A stretch of DNA of 64,000 nucleotides from Nitrospirota bacterium (GTDB lineage Bacteria; Nitrospirota; UBA9217). Every line of letters begins with the position of its first letter. Positions within the stretch are counted from its first letter, which is position 1. The DNA lies in assembly GCA_963741205.1 (NCBI GenBank), contig CAVUHW010000020.1, positions 128,001-192,000 on the forward strand, in the 5' to 3' direction. A model generated the notes under the pieces. It worked only from the letters and a program-made list of their open reading frames with translations. It did not search any database and had not been told where the DNA came from. A program made the position numbers and the translations under genes. Of the stretch, positions 11,145 to 23,373 are shown piece after piece.

Positions 11145-12317
11145 CTAGAACATCCTCGGTCCCGACGGGGCCTGCTGCCTGCTGCCCTTCTTCAGCATCT
11201 CGACGATAAGCTGCTGGCCTTCCTTCAGGTCGCCGGACACGATCTCGGTATAGGCGCCGTCGCTGATGCCGGGGGTGATGTTGACCCGTTTCGGTTTTCC
11301 GTTCTCGAGCACCCAGACCGCGGGCCCTTTCTTTTCACCGGCGCTGGCTGCCGCGCCGGCGGGACGCTCGGAGAACCGGAACCGAAGCGCCGCATTCGTG
11401 ACCCTGAGACATCATTTCGCGTCATGATGATGATCGACACATTGGCGGTCATGCCGGGCATGAGTCTGAGGTCGCGGTTGTTCACCTGGATCACGACATC
11501 GTAGGTGACCACGTTCTGAACTGTGATGGGGGCCTGCCTGATCTGCCAGACCTTTCCCTTGAAAACGTGAATCAGGATAGGCATCCACGCTGAACTCCAC
11601 GTCCTGGCCGACCTTTACAACGCCGATGTCCGATTCGGCCACGTTCGTGTCGATCTGCATTTTCGTAAGGTCCTGGGCGATCGTAAACAGCGTAGGCGTC
11701 TGGAAACTCGCGGCAACCGTCTGGCCCACGTCCACGTTCCTTGAGATGACCACTCCGTCTACGGGAGAAACGATCTTCGTATAAGCGAGGTTCTGCTTCG
11801 CCAAATCAAGGGAGGCCTTTGCCTGTTCGATCTGCGCCTTGGCCAAATTCACCTGGGCCTTCGCGGACTCGTAATTCGTCTCGGCTGTATCCAAGTCGCT
11901 CCTCGGAACGAGGTTCTTGGAATACAGCTCTTTGTTCCGGTCGAAGGTCCTCTTCGCGTCCACGAGGGCGGTGTCGGACTTGTCCAGGTTGGCCTGCGCC
12001 GAGTGCAGGTTTGCCTCGGCCTGCTGCACCTGGGCCTCGAACGTGGAAGGATCGATCTGCGCGATGAGCTGCCCTTTCTTCACACGGGAGTTGAAATCGA
12101 CATACAGGGTCTTGATCGTACCCGATACCTGGGTGCCGACGAGCACAGTCGTTACCGCATTGACGGTCCCCGTCGCCGTCACGGCCGCCTGGATGTCGCC
12201 GCGCGTGACCGGTTCGGTCCGATAGGACGGCGTATCACCTTTGCATCCGGCAATGAGGACTGCGAGGATGGTTGCGATGATTACGCTTCGTTTAGTGGTC
12301 CCTGTACGTCTCGTCAT
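11145..12317 (-). CDS. MacA-like periplasmic adaptor (frameshifts)
   Basis: Lipobox IAGC, VGTQVSG, coiled-coil hairpin and GQTVAASFQTPTLF. Confidence 0.88.
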
Positions 12318-12450
12318 AATAACGTCCTTTGTCTGCTTTTAATTTCACGAACCCGTGCAAGAAACACCGACGCCCCATGGCCAATACTGAATAAAAGCAA
12401 TAATTAAAATTCGACGCAGCTCGAAAAATCAATAACGACGCAACCATGAA

Positions 12451-15400
12451 TTATTTTCCCGGATCTGGAGCTGCCTCCCTGGTCCTGAAGATCGCGAGCT
12501 TGCCGAAACGCCGCTGGAACGTGTCCAGGTACGTGTAGATGACCGGCGTGATGTACAGGGTCAAAAGCTGCGAAAACACAAGGCCGCCGACCACGGCGAG
12601 CCCGAGGGGCCTGCGCGCCTCTGCGCCCGCGCCCAGCCCCAGCGCGATCGGGAGCGTGCCCATGAGGGCGGCCATCGTGGTCATCATGATGGGACGGAAC
12701 CTGACGAGAGCGCCCTCAAAGATCGCCTCCGCCGGGCCTTTCCCTTCCTTTCGCTCCGCTTCGAGCGCGAAATCGATCATCATGATGGCGTTCTTTTTCA
12801 CGATGCCGATGAGCATGATGACGCCCACGTACCCGTAGATGTTCAGCTCCTTGCCGAAGAGCATAAGGGTCAGAAGCGCTCCGACGCCGGCGGCGGGCAG
12901 TCCGGAGAGGATCGTGAGAGGATGGATAAAGCTCTCGTACAGGATGCCCAGCACGATGTAGATGACCAGGACCGCCATGATCAAGAGGAGAAACAGGTTC
13001 TGCGTGGACGACTGGAACGCCTGCGCGGTCCCCTGAAAACTCGTCGTGACCGAGGCCGGCAGCGTGTCCCGGGCGGCCTTGTCCACGAGGGAAACAGCCT
13101 CGCTCAAGGAAACGCCCGGCCTCAGGTTGAAGGAGAGGGTCACGGCCGGGAGCTGGCCCAGGTGATTGACGAGGAGCGGTCCCGTGCCCACCGTCGGCTT
13201 GGTGACCACATTGAGCGGCACCAGTTTGCCGGAGGATGAACGCACGTACAGCATGGTCAAGCGAGGCCGGATCCGTCTGATACTCCGGCAGGAGTTCCAT
13301 GATGACCTGGTACTGGTTGGTCGGAGCGAGGATCGTGGATATCTGCGGCGCGCTGTAGGCCGTGCTCAAGGCGATTTCGATCTGTTCCGCCGTGACGCCG
13401 AGCGCGGACGCCTTGTCGCGGTCTATCTCGAGGTTCACCTGCGGATTTTTTATCTGCAGGTCGCTGTTCACGTCCTGGAGCTGCGGGATCGTCCGAAGCT
13501 TTGCTTCGAGGACAGGGGCGACGTCTGTAGAGCTCGTCCGTGTCCGGGCTCTGGAGCGTGTACTGGTACTGGCTCTTGGTGAGCGTGCCGCCGATTCTGG
13601 ATCGGCGGCAGGTTCTGCAGGAAAATCCTGATGCCGATGACGCCTGCCGTCTTTTTCCGGAGCGACTGGATGATCTCGTCAGCGGAAATTTTCCGCTCGG
13701 AACGGGGTTTCAGCCTCATGAAGATCCGGCCGGTGTTTCCGGCGGCGTTCGGACCGCCGGCGCCGATCGCTCGACATGAACGCCTCGACATTCGGGTCCT
13801 GGGCGATGATGTCGACGAGCTGCTGCTGGTGCTTCGCCATGTCGGGAAAGGATATCCCCTGCTGCGCCTCGGTAAAGGCGAATATCTGGCCCGTGTCTTC
13901 CGTCGGAAGAAACCCCTTCGGCATGATGATGAACAGGAATATCGTCGCGACGAAGAGCGCCACGGTCACGGCCAGGGTCACCCTGCGATGCTTGAGCACC
14001 CAGGTGAGGCTCGTCTTGTACCCGTTCCGCATGCCGTCGAAGAACCGCTCCAGGGCCATGTAGAGCCGGCCGTGCCGCTCCTCGACCGTGAGGACGCAGA
14101 AACCGGCTCGCCAGCATGGGCGTGAGTGTCAAGGACACGACGCCGGAGACGAGAATGGACTACGCTGATCACGACGGCGAATTCGTGGAGGAGTCGGCCG
14201 AGGATGCCTCCCATGAAGAGCACGGGGATGAAGACCGCGACCAGGGAGACGGTCATGGACAGGATGGTAAAGCCGATCTCCTTCGACCCGTAAAGCGCAG
14301 CCTGAAGCACGGGCTCTCCGTGCTCCATGTGGCGGACGATGTTCTCGAGCATCACGATGGCGTCGTCGACCACAAACCCCACGGCGAGGATCATCGCCAT
14401 GAGCGAAAGGTTGTCAACGCTGTATCCAAGCACGTACATGGCCGTGAACGTGCCGATGATCGACATGGGGAGCGCCAGGCTCGGGATGATCGTTGCCGAG
14501 AGGTTGCGCAGAAACAGGAAGATGACCATGACCACGAGCACAATGGCCAGGAGCAGCGTAAGCTTGACATCATCTGACTGATTCCCGTATGGACACGGAC
14601 CGGTCAAGAGAACATCGAGATTCACCGACGCCGGCAATTGTGCGCGGAAGACGGGCAGGAGCGCCTTGATGGAGTTCACCACCTCGACCGTGTTCGTGCC
14701 GGGCTGGCGCTGGATCGCCAATATGATCGCACGAGGGTTTGACTTTGCGGTAACGTACCAGCTTGCGATCTTGTCGTTTTCCACACTGTCGACCACCATG
14801 CCGAGTTCCCGGAGCCGCACGGGGTTGCCGCTGCGGTAGGCTACGATAAGAGGGCGATATGCGGCCGCGTCCATGAGCTGGCCGCTTGCCTCGATGGTGA
14901 ACGACTTGGTAGCCCCCTGAAGGGTCCCGGTCGGCAGGTTCACGTTCGCCTCGGGAAACCGCAATCGCCACTTCATCGATCCCTATCCCCCGCGAGGCCA
15001 GGGCCCGGGGATCGAGCCGGGCGCGGACGGCGTACTTCTGCGAGCCGAACACCTGCACCTGTGCCACGCCGCTGATCATGGAAATGCGCTGGGCCATCGC
15101 GGTCTCCGCGTATTCATCGACCGCGGAGAGCGGGAGCGTGGGAGAACTGAGCGCGACGATAGATGATCGGCTGGTCAGCGGGATTGACCTTCTGGTAGCT
15201 GGGCGGCGTGGGCATGGACGGCGGGAGCAGTTTCGCGGACTTGGCGATCATGGCGGACACGTCCTCGGCCGCCGCGTCGATGTTCCTGCTCAGGTTGAAC
15301 TGGAGCGTGATCTGCGCGACGCCTTGTCCGCTCACGGAGGTCATGTTGTCGAGTCCCGCGATAGTCGAGAACTGACGCTCCAGCGGCGTAGCCACGGCAG

Positions 15401-15582
15401 AGGCCATGGTCTCCGGGCTCGCCCCGGGAAGACTGGCGTTCACCAGCACGGTCGGGAAATCCACGTTCGGGAGGTCGCTGACCGGCAGCATCCGGTATGC
15501 CATGATGCCGAAGAGCAGAATTGCGGACATGACCAAGGTCGTCATGACCGGCCTGTTTTATGAAGGGTTCCGAGATATGCAT
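12451..15582 (-). CDS. RND efflux permease (MdtB/MdtC-like), multiple frameshifts
   Basis: LPNVDFPT, GFVVDDAIVMLENI, GIVKKNAIMMIDFA and RFRPIMMTT motifs across successive ORF fragments. Confidence 0.9.
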
Positions 15583-15589
15583 AGATTAC

Positions 15590-15720
15590 TTCAAGCTCCA
15601 AATCTCAGGCGACAAAACCCGACAAATACCAAGCATCGATGACCAAGATGTCAAAGCAATCGGAATTTATTATTTGGAACTGGCGCTTATTTGGTATTTG
15701 TCATCTGTGATTTAGTATTT
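15590..15720. repeat. Degenerate inverted heptamer-type repeat
   Basis: ccaaatctc..caaataccaagc faces tttggaactgg..tttggtatttg, forming an imperfect intergenic palindrome. Confidence 0.4.
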
Positions 15721-16858
15721 CCCTCGCCGGGTTTCGGATTTCCCCCGTTTTCCCCTTTCACTTCAACCGTGCCCCGGGAATCAAATTCAGTTGTCCGTCA
15801 ACAACCACTTTTTCTCCCGCCGATACCCCCTGGCTGACCACGGCGAGGTCGCCGAACGAACGCGAGACGGTCACCTGACGCGATTCAACCGTGAAGTCCG
15901 GTTTTACCACGAAGACATACTGCCCCTGCTGGCCTGTCTGAAGCGCCGCGGACGGCATGACCACGGCGTTCCGCTGCGTGGTGAGCATAAGAAGCACGTT
16001 CACAAACTGGCCGGGCCAGAGCCGTTTGTCCCTGTTCTCGAAGGTGCCCTTGAGCTGAATCGTCCCGGTCGAAGTATCCACGGAATTATTGATGAACGTA
16101 AGCACTCCCGTGGCCGGGCGTTTTTCATCGCCCGGGATAACCGCCTCCACCTGCAAGGATCCCTCTGCATTGTATTTCTTGATGTCCGCGAGGTTCTGTT
16201 CAGGCACGGAAAAAGTAATATATATGGGGACGACCTTATTGATGGTCACCATCACGAGGTCATTCGCTTTAATAATATTGCCCTTGTTGACCAGGACGCT
16301 CCCGACGCGGCCGTCGATGGGAGACTTAATCGTGCAGAAGGAATATTGAAGTTTTAAGCCCTCCACATTAGCCTTGTCCGCAAGGACCGCGGCCGCCAGG
16401 GCATCGGCGTTTGCGTGGAACTGGTCGTATTGATCTTTGGAAACGTAGTCTTTTTGAGACCAGAATTGCATATCTCTTGGCTTGCTCTTCCGCGTTTATT
16501 GCCTGGGCCACGTCCCGCGCGAGCTGGGCCTCAGCCTGCTTGATGGCCATCTCGTAGGGACGAGGATCTATTTGAAAGAGCAGGTCGCCCTGCTTTACAT
16601 CCTGGCCTTCCCTGAAATGAACATCGATCACCTCCCCGCCAACCTGGGCCTTCACCGATACGGTGTTGAATGCCTCGACATTGCCGATGGCATTGATCTG
16701 GACCGGGACGTTCATCTGAATCACGTCGCCCGTTTTTACCGGCACTACTGCGCTGCGGAGTCTGCTTCGCCTTGCCGTCGGAACAGCCGCCGATGAACGT
16801 CGAATATCAGGAATATAACGATGAATGTCCTTTTACCGGCCAATGATCCGTATTTCAT
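15712..16858 (-). CDS. RND periplasmic adaptor (MFP), frameshifts
   Basis: Start MKYGSLAGKR, then lipoprotein-like GGCSDG, LLFQIDPRPY, IKSPIDGRVG, NSVDTSTGTI and LWPGQFV. Confidence 0.85.
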
Positions 16859-16974
16859 ATCACTCCTGCTGCCTTTCTTTTTCTTGATATCTTCCGCGCG
16901 CATTCATGATGCTCCCTTGCCTTCATGTCCGCATCGACATGCGGCACCGGTCCTCCATCGGACACCGTTCCCCA

Positions 16975-18370
16975 TTACCGCGCTCCCATCGCCTTCTCGA
17001 TGGTTGCCTGGGCGATCTTGTAATTGGACAGGGCGGTGGTATAGTTCGCCTCGGCCGTAACATAGGTGGCGAATGCATCGGAGACCTCAATCGGGCTTCC
17101 CACGCCAGCCGCGTATCTGCCGTTCGAAAGATCCAGGTTCTCTTTGGACTGCTCAGCCGCGAGTTTAGCCGTTGAAATGCTGGCCCACGCTGCCTGCCAG
17201 ATTCAGATAGGCCTGTCGGACGTCGAACATGATCTGCTGTCGTAAAGACTCTTCATTAGCTTTCAGAATGTAAAGATTTGCTTTTGCCTCGGCCACTTGA
17301 TGGCTGGTCAGGAATCCGTTGAACAACGGCACGGTCAGGAGCACACCAGCGCTCCAACTGCGTTCCAGCGATGAGGCGGACTCTCCGGTCCAGTTATAGT
17401 TTGCGTTTCCCGACAGGACCGGGTAATAATCCGACCTTGCAAGACTGATATTCATCTCTGCTGCCTGCCTTTTTGCGGTGATAGATTTGTAGTCAGGCCT
17501 GTTTTCGAGGGCGCGCTGTGCAGCTTCTTCCACGGTTATCGTATATTTCTCGAAGGTCAGTTGATCCTCTATGGTGTAAGTACCCAACGGCGCATCAGGT
17601 ACCCCCATGGCATTTTTCAGGGTAACCCACGCGATTTTAAAGGCATTCTCGGCATTGATGAGGCTTAGCTGCGCATTGCTCAGGTCCACTTCCGCCTTGA
17701 TGACGTCGATTCTCGCCTTCGTTCCGACATCGTAAAAGCCCTGCGCCTGGTCAAGGTGCAGTTGAAACTGTTTTATGACGTCCGCCGCGACGTCGCGGTT
17801 CCTCCTGGCCTGGAGGACGCCGTAGTAGGCCTGCTTTACGCTCAGGATGACCGTATCCTGCGTCGAATCCAGATCCGAGCGGGAAGCCTCGAGATTATAC
17901 TTCGAAACATCGACCTGTGAGGAAGTCTTTCCGAAGTCGAGGATTTTCTGGTTGAGCGTCACACTGCCTGAATACTGATCGAATGACTGGGAAGTACTGG
18001 AAGTTGCCGGCGCGATCGGGAAGGGATTGATCCTGCTATAGCCCGCCGAGGCGCTGAGCTGCGGGTAATAGCTGGAGCGCGCTTCACCCACCCTGTTCGA
18101 GTTGACATCAACCCCGTATCGTGCGGCGAGAATGACCGGGTTCTTCTGGAGCGCGATTTCGATGCACCGGTTGAGCGTCAATTTCTCGACCGCTGTGACG
18201 GCTCCGCCTCCGGAGCCATCATTTTTTTCGGCCTGTCCCGGCTCGGGAGTTGATACGTGAGTCTGCGCCGGCTCTTCCGCGTAGAGGTGATGAAGTGGAG
18301 CGGCCCCGAGCAACAGGATGGACAAGGCTGCCGCCTGTCCCCATTTTTTCGATCGATCAATTGCCTGCAT
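16975..18370 (-). CDS. TolC-family outer membrane protein (frameshift ~17195)
   Basis: OEP repeats (YYPQLSASAGY, YYPVLSG). The shifted frame continues RYAAGVGSPIEVSDA...IEKAMGAR*. Confidence 0.88.
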
Positions 18371-18402
18371 ACCGGTCTCCCTTGAACTGCGTTTACTGTC
18401 TG

Positions 18403-18993
18403 CTATTTAATAGTGCCATGTATAAAGATGCTAATCACTTCCTGAACATACTTTTCCATGTTTTGTTTTTTCATACCGCCCGTCCGCATGATCTCTTCCT
18501 GTCTGAAATAGGAAATGAAAATCGCTAAATAGACGCGCGCGACTATTTCCGGAGAGATGTCTTTTCTTAGATTTCCCCGCTCCTGCAATGTTCTGATAAA
18601 GTTAGCCAGTATTGCCCGGACTTCTTCAGTGAACTTATTATAGACTTCCCTGATTTTCACGGGATAACTGGTCACCTCCTGGTACATGATCTTGATCATG
18701 GCCTTTCGTTCTTTCAAGGTCAGAAGAAGCCGCGTAGCAATCAATGTCAGCGCTTCTTCGATGGGAAGCCCTTCCAACTCCGGCAGGAGTTCCTTCAGCT
18801 TCGGTAAAAAAGTATAAGTCTTCAAGACTTCTTCAAATAATAACTCCTTGGACCCGAAGTTCCTGAAAAGAGTGATCTCGGTTACACCGGCCTCCTTGGC
18901 TATTTCTCTCGTAGTGGTGCCGAGATACCCTTTCTCGGAGATGAGCTTAAGGGTCGCCTGCAACAGTAATTCTTTGGTATTCGAAGTTCTCAT
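18403..18993 (-). CDS. TetR/AcrR-family regulator
   Basis: N-terminal HTH GYLGTTTREIAKEAGVTEITLFRNFGSKE. Confidence 0.93.
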   Translation of the reverse strand: MRTSNTKELLLQATLKLISEKGYLGTTTREIAKEAGVTEITLFRNFGSKELLFEEVLKTYTFLPKLKELLPELEGLPIEEALTLIATRLLLTLKERKAMIKIMYQEVTSYPVKIREVYNKFTEEVRAILANFIRTLQERGNLRKDISPEIVARVYLAIFISYFRQEEIMRTGGMKKQNMEKYVQEVISIFIHGTIK

Positions 18994-19004
18994 CGTTTTC
19001 AGAT

Positions 19005-19048
19005 TGTAAGTATGTACTTACATTACAGGAAGCGCTGAGGCATGTCAA
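19005..19048 (-). promoter_or_regulatory. Sigma-70 promoter with overlapping TetR-type operator
   Basis: TTGACA (19043-48), 17 bp, TAATGT on the minus strand. Perfect inverted repeat TGTAAGTA-tg-TACTTACA at 19005-19022. Confidence 0.7.
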
Positions 19049-19160
19049 GAGATTTCACCGCCGATGGTGTATTTTCCCCTTGCGCGGGCCGGCCGCTTGT
19101 GGTATGGTAGCGCCTGCATTTCACCTAATATAATTTACTCACATAACGGAGGATATCACT

Positions 19161-19355
19161 GTGGCAGGCACATGTCAGATATGCGGCAAAGGCAAGCTCA
19201 GCGGCAACCAGGTTAGCCATTCGAACAACAAGACCAAAAAGATGTCAAAACCGAACCTGCAGTTCGTGAAGGCCGTAGGACCCCACGGTTCTCATATACG
19301 CATGCACGTATGCACCCGCTGCATACGCTCGGGCAAGGTAAAAAAAGTCAGCTGA
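19161..19355 (+). CDS. rpmB: 50S ribosomal protein L28
   Basis: [22 protein letters not shown] and VCTRCIRS; GGAGG SD. Confidence 0.95.
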   Translation: MAGTCQICGKGKLSGNQVSHSNNKTKKMSKPNLQFVKAVGPHGSHIRMHVCTRCIRSGKVKKVS

Positions 19356-19382
19356 CGGTCTCATCAGGAACCATCATTCCAT

Positions 19383-19413
19383 CCCCTGCCGTTTCAAACG
19401 GCGGGGATTTTTT
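19383..19413 (+). terminator. Rho-independent terminator
   Basis: cccctgccgttt-c-aaacggcgggg followed by a T run. Confidence 0.7.
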
Positions 19414-19613
19414 CCCTCCATCGTCATCCTATCGTGAAACATCAAGGCCCGGTCCAATTTCAGTTCGAAGAATATTCTAAAAGGCGTCGACGGAATGAAA
19501 ACTTACGGTCAACAAAACAGACGTGCGGTTTTCTGGTCCTCGCGACAGAACGAAAGTCCTCAACAATACACTAAATTACAGAATAAGAAGTAATGTAAAA
19601 TTAGAATTTGAAG

Positions 19614-19642
19614 TTGACACGATGGAACGAGTGGACTATCAT
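19614..19642 (+). promoter_or_regulatory. Sigma-70 promoter of the beta-propeller operon
   Basis: TTGACA, 17 bp, TATCAT. Confidence 0.6.
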
Positions 19643-19830
19643 TATTTTGGTCAAACAATAACTGATTTAACATGTCATCGCGCTGATTCTAATTCCCCTG
19701 CTTTGCAGAGAAGGAGGTGGACCGCAATATCAGCATTAGTAACAATTAGTGAGAGTGACCCATCAGGTCAAGGAACGACGCATCATCCGGGGACGTTGTG
19801 TTTTTCAACTTTAAACATTTGGGAGGAGCT

Positions 19831-20977
19831 ATGAGTTTTCTGAAAAAAAGTGTCGTAGTCGGTTTGATTGTTCTGGGTATTGTCGCCCTGCTCGTGGGCG
19901 TATCCGTCCGCGCAACGGTTGATGCTGCGGATGTAGCTGTTATCAACGTGAAGGAAGTGCCTGCGGCAAAGCTGCCGACGTTCGACGCAACGGCATACAT
20001 CGCCGGCCACGGCGGCCACCTGGCGATCCTTGACATGAGGACGATGAAGTCTCCGACTGACATTGAAAAAGACCGGATCGTTCTCACGGAGGCCGGCTCC
20101 GAGATGGAAGGCAAGGTTGCCGGGATAAGCTTCGAGGAAACCAAGAAGGCGGGCGGTTCTCACGGCCAGGAACTCCTCACGGAAAAGGGACAGAAGGTTC
20201 TCGTTGCCGGCACCCTGTCCGGCAATGTCTATAAAGTCGAGCTCGACAAGAACGGCAGAGCGGCGAAAAAGGAAGGTCCGTTCAAGGTCGGCGAGAAGTT
20301 CTGCGGCGCCATCGCCGGTCCGGACGGCAATATTTACTTTGAAGACATGACGAACGGCAGCGTCTATGTTTGGGATGCCAAGACGCTGAAGACCGTGGAA
20401 AAAATGCCCGTCGGCATGGCCGTCTGCGGCATTCAGTGGACCAAGAACAACAAGAAGGCTTACATAACCGATATGCCGACCGGCATCGTCTATGTCTACG
20501 ACTGGTCAGGCAAGGAAAAGAAGAAAATCGCCGAGATCAAGGACCCGACGATGACCTTCATCCATCAGGCAAGGATGACGAATGATGGCAAGCAGCTCTG
20601 GGTGAGCTCGCCGAATGAATTTGAACTCGATCCCGAGTCCAGCAAGGAAGGCCATGGGCCGCTTCGCGGAGGGAGCCATCCGAGCCAGGTCGTCATCATC
20701 GACACTGCCACGGACAAGATCGTGAAACGCCTCGTTTTGCCCGACTACGGTCAGCCCTCACGATTTTGCGTTCAGCAAGGACGGGAAATATGCATTCTTG
20801 TCCTCCCGTTCTTACGGTTCGGATGACAGCACCCTGAACATCCTGGACATGAAGACCGACAATCTCATCGGCAAGGTCTCTCTTTGCGCCAGCTGCCACA
20901 AACCGGCGGGTGTTGAAGTCAAGATTGACAAGGGCTCTCCGCTGCTCTGCGGCATTACCTTAGATTGGCATAAGTAG
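19831..20977 (+). CDS. Secreted YncE/YVTN-like beta-propeller with one C-terminal CxxCH heme motif (frameshift ~20755)
   Basis: Signal/TM N-terminus and propeller blades (VYVWDAKT, VVIIDTATDKIVK). The shifted frame gives PHDFAFSKDGK...SLCASCHK...LLCGITLDWHK*. Confidence 0.75.
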
Positions 20978-21004
20978 TCCGCATTCACTACATTCGATTT
21001 CCTT

Positions 21005-21040
21005 AAGAGGGCAGGGTTCTCCCCTGCCCTCTCTTGTTTC
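21005..21040 (+). terminator. Terminator-like hairpin
   Basis: gagggcaggg-ttctc-ccctgccctc followed by a T-rich tail. Confidence 0.6.
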
Positions 21041-21102
21041 TTTACTTGCCCGCATCATTTCTGGTATAATCCATCATCCATTAAGGATTTATCGCGAAAC
21101 GT

Positions 21103-22299
21103 ATGAACATCCCCTTTGTGGCCCTCAGAAATCTCAAAAGAAAATTGACGCGGACGTGGCTTTTATTCGCCATCGTCGCGGTTGTATCGTGCACGCTGTT
21201 CTCCGCAACGCTCTTCCTGAAAAGCATCAACAACGCGCTCAGAATCGGCACCTACCGTCTGGGCGCCGACATCCTGGTCGTCCCCGAAGGCGCGGAAGCC
21301 AAGGCAAAATCGGCGCTGCTCTCCGGCGAACCGACCCATTTCCTGATGGACCGCAAGGTTCTCGACCTCGTCAAAGCGGTAAGCGGCGTCAAGAATGCGA
21401 CCCCGCAGCTTTTCATCAAGCCAACCAGCTTCACCTGCTGCTTCAACGTCGATGTTTTTCTCGTCGCCTTCGATCCGGACTCCGACTTTACGGTAAAGCC
21501 CTGGCTCGAAAAACATTTGAACCGGCGGCTCGGCGTCAACGAGATCATCACCGGCCGCACGGTCCCGGTCATCGCGGGAGACCGTATACCTTTTTTCGGC
21601 ACGACGTTCACCATCGCGGGGACCATGGAACCGACGGGAATGGACTTTTTCGACCGCGCCGTTTTCATGAGTCTGGACGCAGCGTATCGGATGGCGGAGG
21701 ATTCCAAGACCAGGGCGATCCAGCCTCTTGACATAGGCAAAGACCAGATATCGACCGTGCTGGTCCAGGTCAACGATGACATTACCCCCGACCGGGTCGC
21801 CATCCGCATCGAACACGATATCGCCGGGGTAAAGGCCCTCGTCTCGGACACCGTCATCAGCACGGTGCGGAAGCAGCTCGCGGGCCTGATCAAGGCGATC
21901 CTGGCCATCAGCGTCATCCTGTGGTTCATCGTCCTCCTCATCATGGCATTCGCTTTTTATATGATCGTGAATGAACGTCGCCGGGAAATCGGCCTTCTGC
22001 GCGCGATGGGCGCGAACAGGGGCCATATCGCCTCCATCTTCCTGGTCGAAGCGAGCCTGCTTTCGGCCGCGGGCGGCGTGGCCGGCGTCGCCCTCGGATA
22101 CGGGCTGTTGTTCAGTTTCAAGAACCTCATGCTCCACTATCTCAAACTGCCTTATCTTTTCCCCAGCACGCCGGAACTGATGATCCTGACGATCGGCGCC
22201 CTCATCATTTCCCTGGCTACCGGCCTCGTCGCTGCCTTGCTGCCGTCGCTTGCCGTTTTGACCGTTGAACCCTACGATGCCATACGGAGCGCCGAATGA
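21103..22299 (+). CDS. FtsX/MacB-like ABC permease with periplasmic CC motif
   Basis: RLGADILVVP, FTCCFN and NERRREIGLLRAMGA; 4 TM. Confidence 0.88.
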   Translation: MNIPFVALRNLKRKLTRTWLLFAIVAVVSCTLFSATLFLKSINNALRIGTYRLGADILVVPEGAEAKAKSALLSGEPTHFLMDRKVLDLVKAVSGVKNATPQLFIKPTSFTCCFNVDVFLVAFDPDSDFTVKPWLEKHLNRRLGVNEIITGRTVPVIAGDRIPFFGTTFTIAGTMEPTGMDFFDRAVFMSLDAAYRMAEDSKTRAIQPLDIGKDQISTVLVQVNDDITPDRVAIRIEHDIAGVKALVSDTVISTVRKQLAGLIKAILAISVILWFIVLLIMAFAFYMIVNERRREIGLLRAMGANRGHIASIFLVEASLLSAAGGVAGVALGYGLLFSFKNLMLHYLKLPYLFPSTPELMILTIGALIISLATGLVAALLPSLAVLTVEPYDAIRSAE

Positions 22300-22889
22300 A
22301 TTTTCTTCTGACGGTCGTTATGACGACGCTGTTGCTTCTTTCATGCACCCAGAAAAAAGAGGAGCCGCCCGCCCAGCAGACGGTTTCCCCAGAGCGGATC
22401 CAGTTGGACGAGCTTAAAGAGCGAACCGTAAAAAATCCGAAGGATGTGGACGCCTGGAGCCGTCTGGCGAGCATCTACGAGAGCGCCCAGATGTACAAGG
22501 AGGCCGTGAACGCCCTGAAGAATGTTATCGAACTCGATCCCAAGCGGGGCTACACCTACCTGAGGCTGGGGAGCGCCTACAACAGACTCGCGCAATATGA
22601 GGACGCGATAAAAATTTTACGCGCCGGGGAAAAATATTCTCCGCAGAATCCGGTCCTGTATAATAATCTGGGAGTGACGTACGGCATGGTCGGGAAAACA
22701 AAGGAAGAAATCGCCGCCCTCGAAAAGGCCATCTCCCTGCGACCTCACTACTCAACGGCCCGCATAAACCTCGGCCTGGTATTCCTGAAACAGGGAAAGC
22801 GCCAGGAAGCACTGAACCAATATAACGAAATCAAGAAGTACGACGAGGGCGGGGCTGAAACCCTTAAAAAGGAAATCGACAAAAGGTAG
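22296..22889 (+). CDS. TPR-repeat lipoprotein
   Basis: Lipobox LLSC and tandem TPR helices. Confidence 0.85.
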   Translation: MNFLLTVVMTTLLLLSCTQKKEEPPAQQTVSPERIQLDELKERTVKNPKDVDAWSRLASIYESAQMYKEAVNALKNVIELDPKRGYTYLRLGSAYNRLAQYEDAIKILRAGEKYSPQNPVLYNNLGVTYGMVGKTKEEIAALEKAISLRPHYSTARINLGLVFLKQGKRQEALNQYNEIKKYDEGGAETLKKEIDKR

Positions 22890-22899
22890 GGACCGCTTT

Positions 22900-23304
22900 A
22901 TGAAATTGAGAAGCTTGTTCTTCATTTACGCGATGTTCTGTTTCGCCCTGATGATTTCCACGGCTTCTGCGGCTGACATCAACTGCGCCCAGTGCGGAAT
23001 GACCGTGGACCTGGACTCGAAGTTCACCTCAAGGATCGTGGTCAAGGACACGACCCTGTACTTCTGCGATATCGGCGACTTTTTCACCTACCTGAACCGG
23101 AAAAAACCGGCTGCGGTCAAAACCGAGGTCAGGGATTACCCGAGCGGTGAATGGATCGATGCGAAAGCCGCCAGCTACGTCCATTCCGAAAAGAAATTCA
23201 AGACGCCCATGGGTTGGGGCATTGCGGCATTCAGGGAAAAGTCACGGGCAGCGGAATTCGGGGATGTTATGGCGTTCGATGCCGCGGCGAAGAAGGTGCA
23301 CTGA
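22900..23304 (+). CDS. NosL-family periplasmic copper-binding protein
   Basis: CAQCGM, YFCDIGD, WIDAKAA and TPMGWGIAAF. Confidence 0.85.
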   Translation: MKLRSLFFIYAMFCFALMISTASAADINCAQCGMTVDLDSKFTSRIVVKDTTLYFCDIGDFFTYLNRKKPAAVKTEVRDYPSGEWIDAKAASYVHSEKKFKTPMGWGIAAFREKSRAAEFGDVMAFDAAAKKVH

Positions 23305-23373
23305 GCCGACGGTCATCCGTGCCAGGGAATTCGTCCGGGGCACAGGGGTATTTTTGGAGAGAGACACGTTCTC

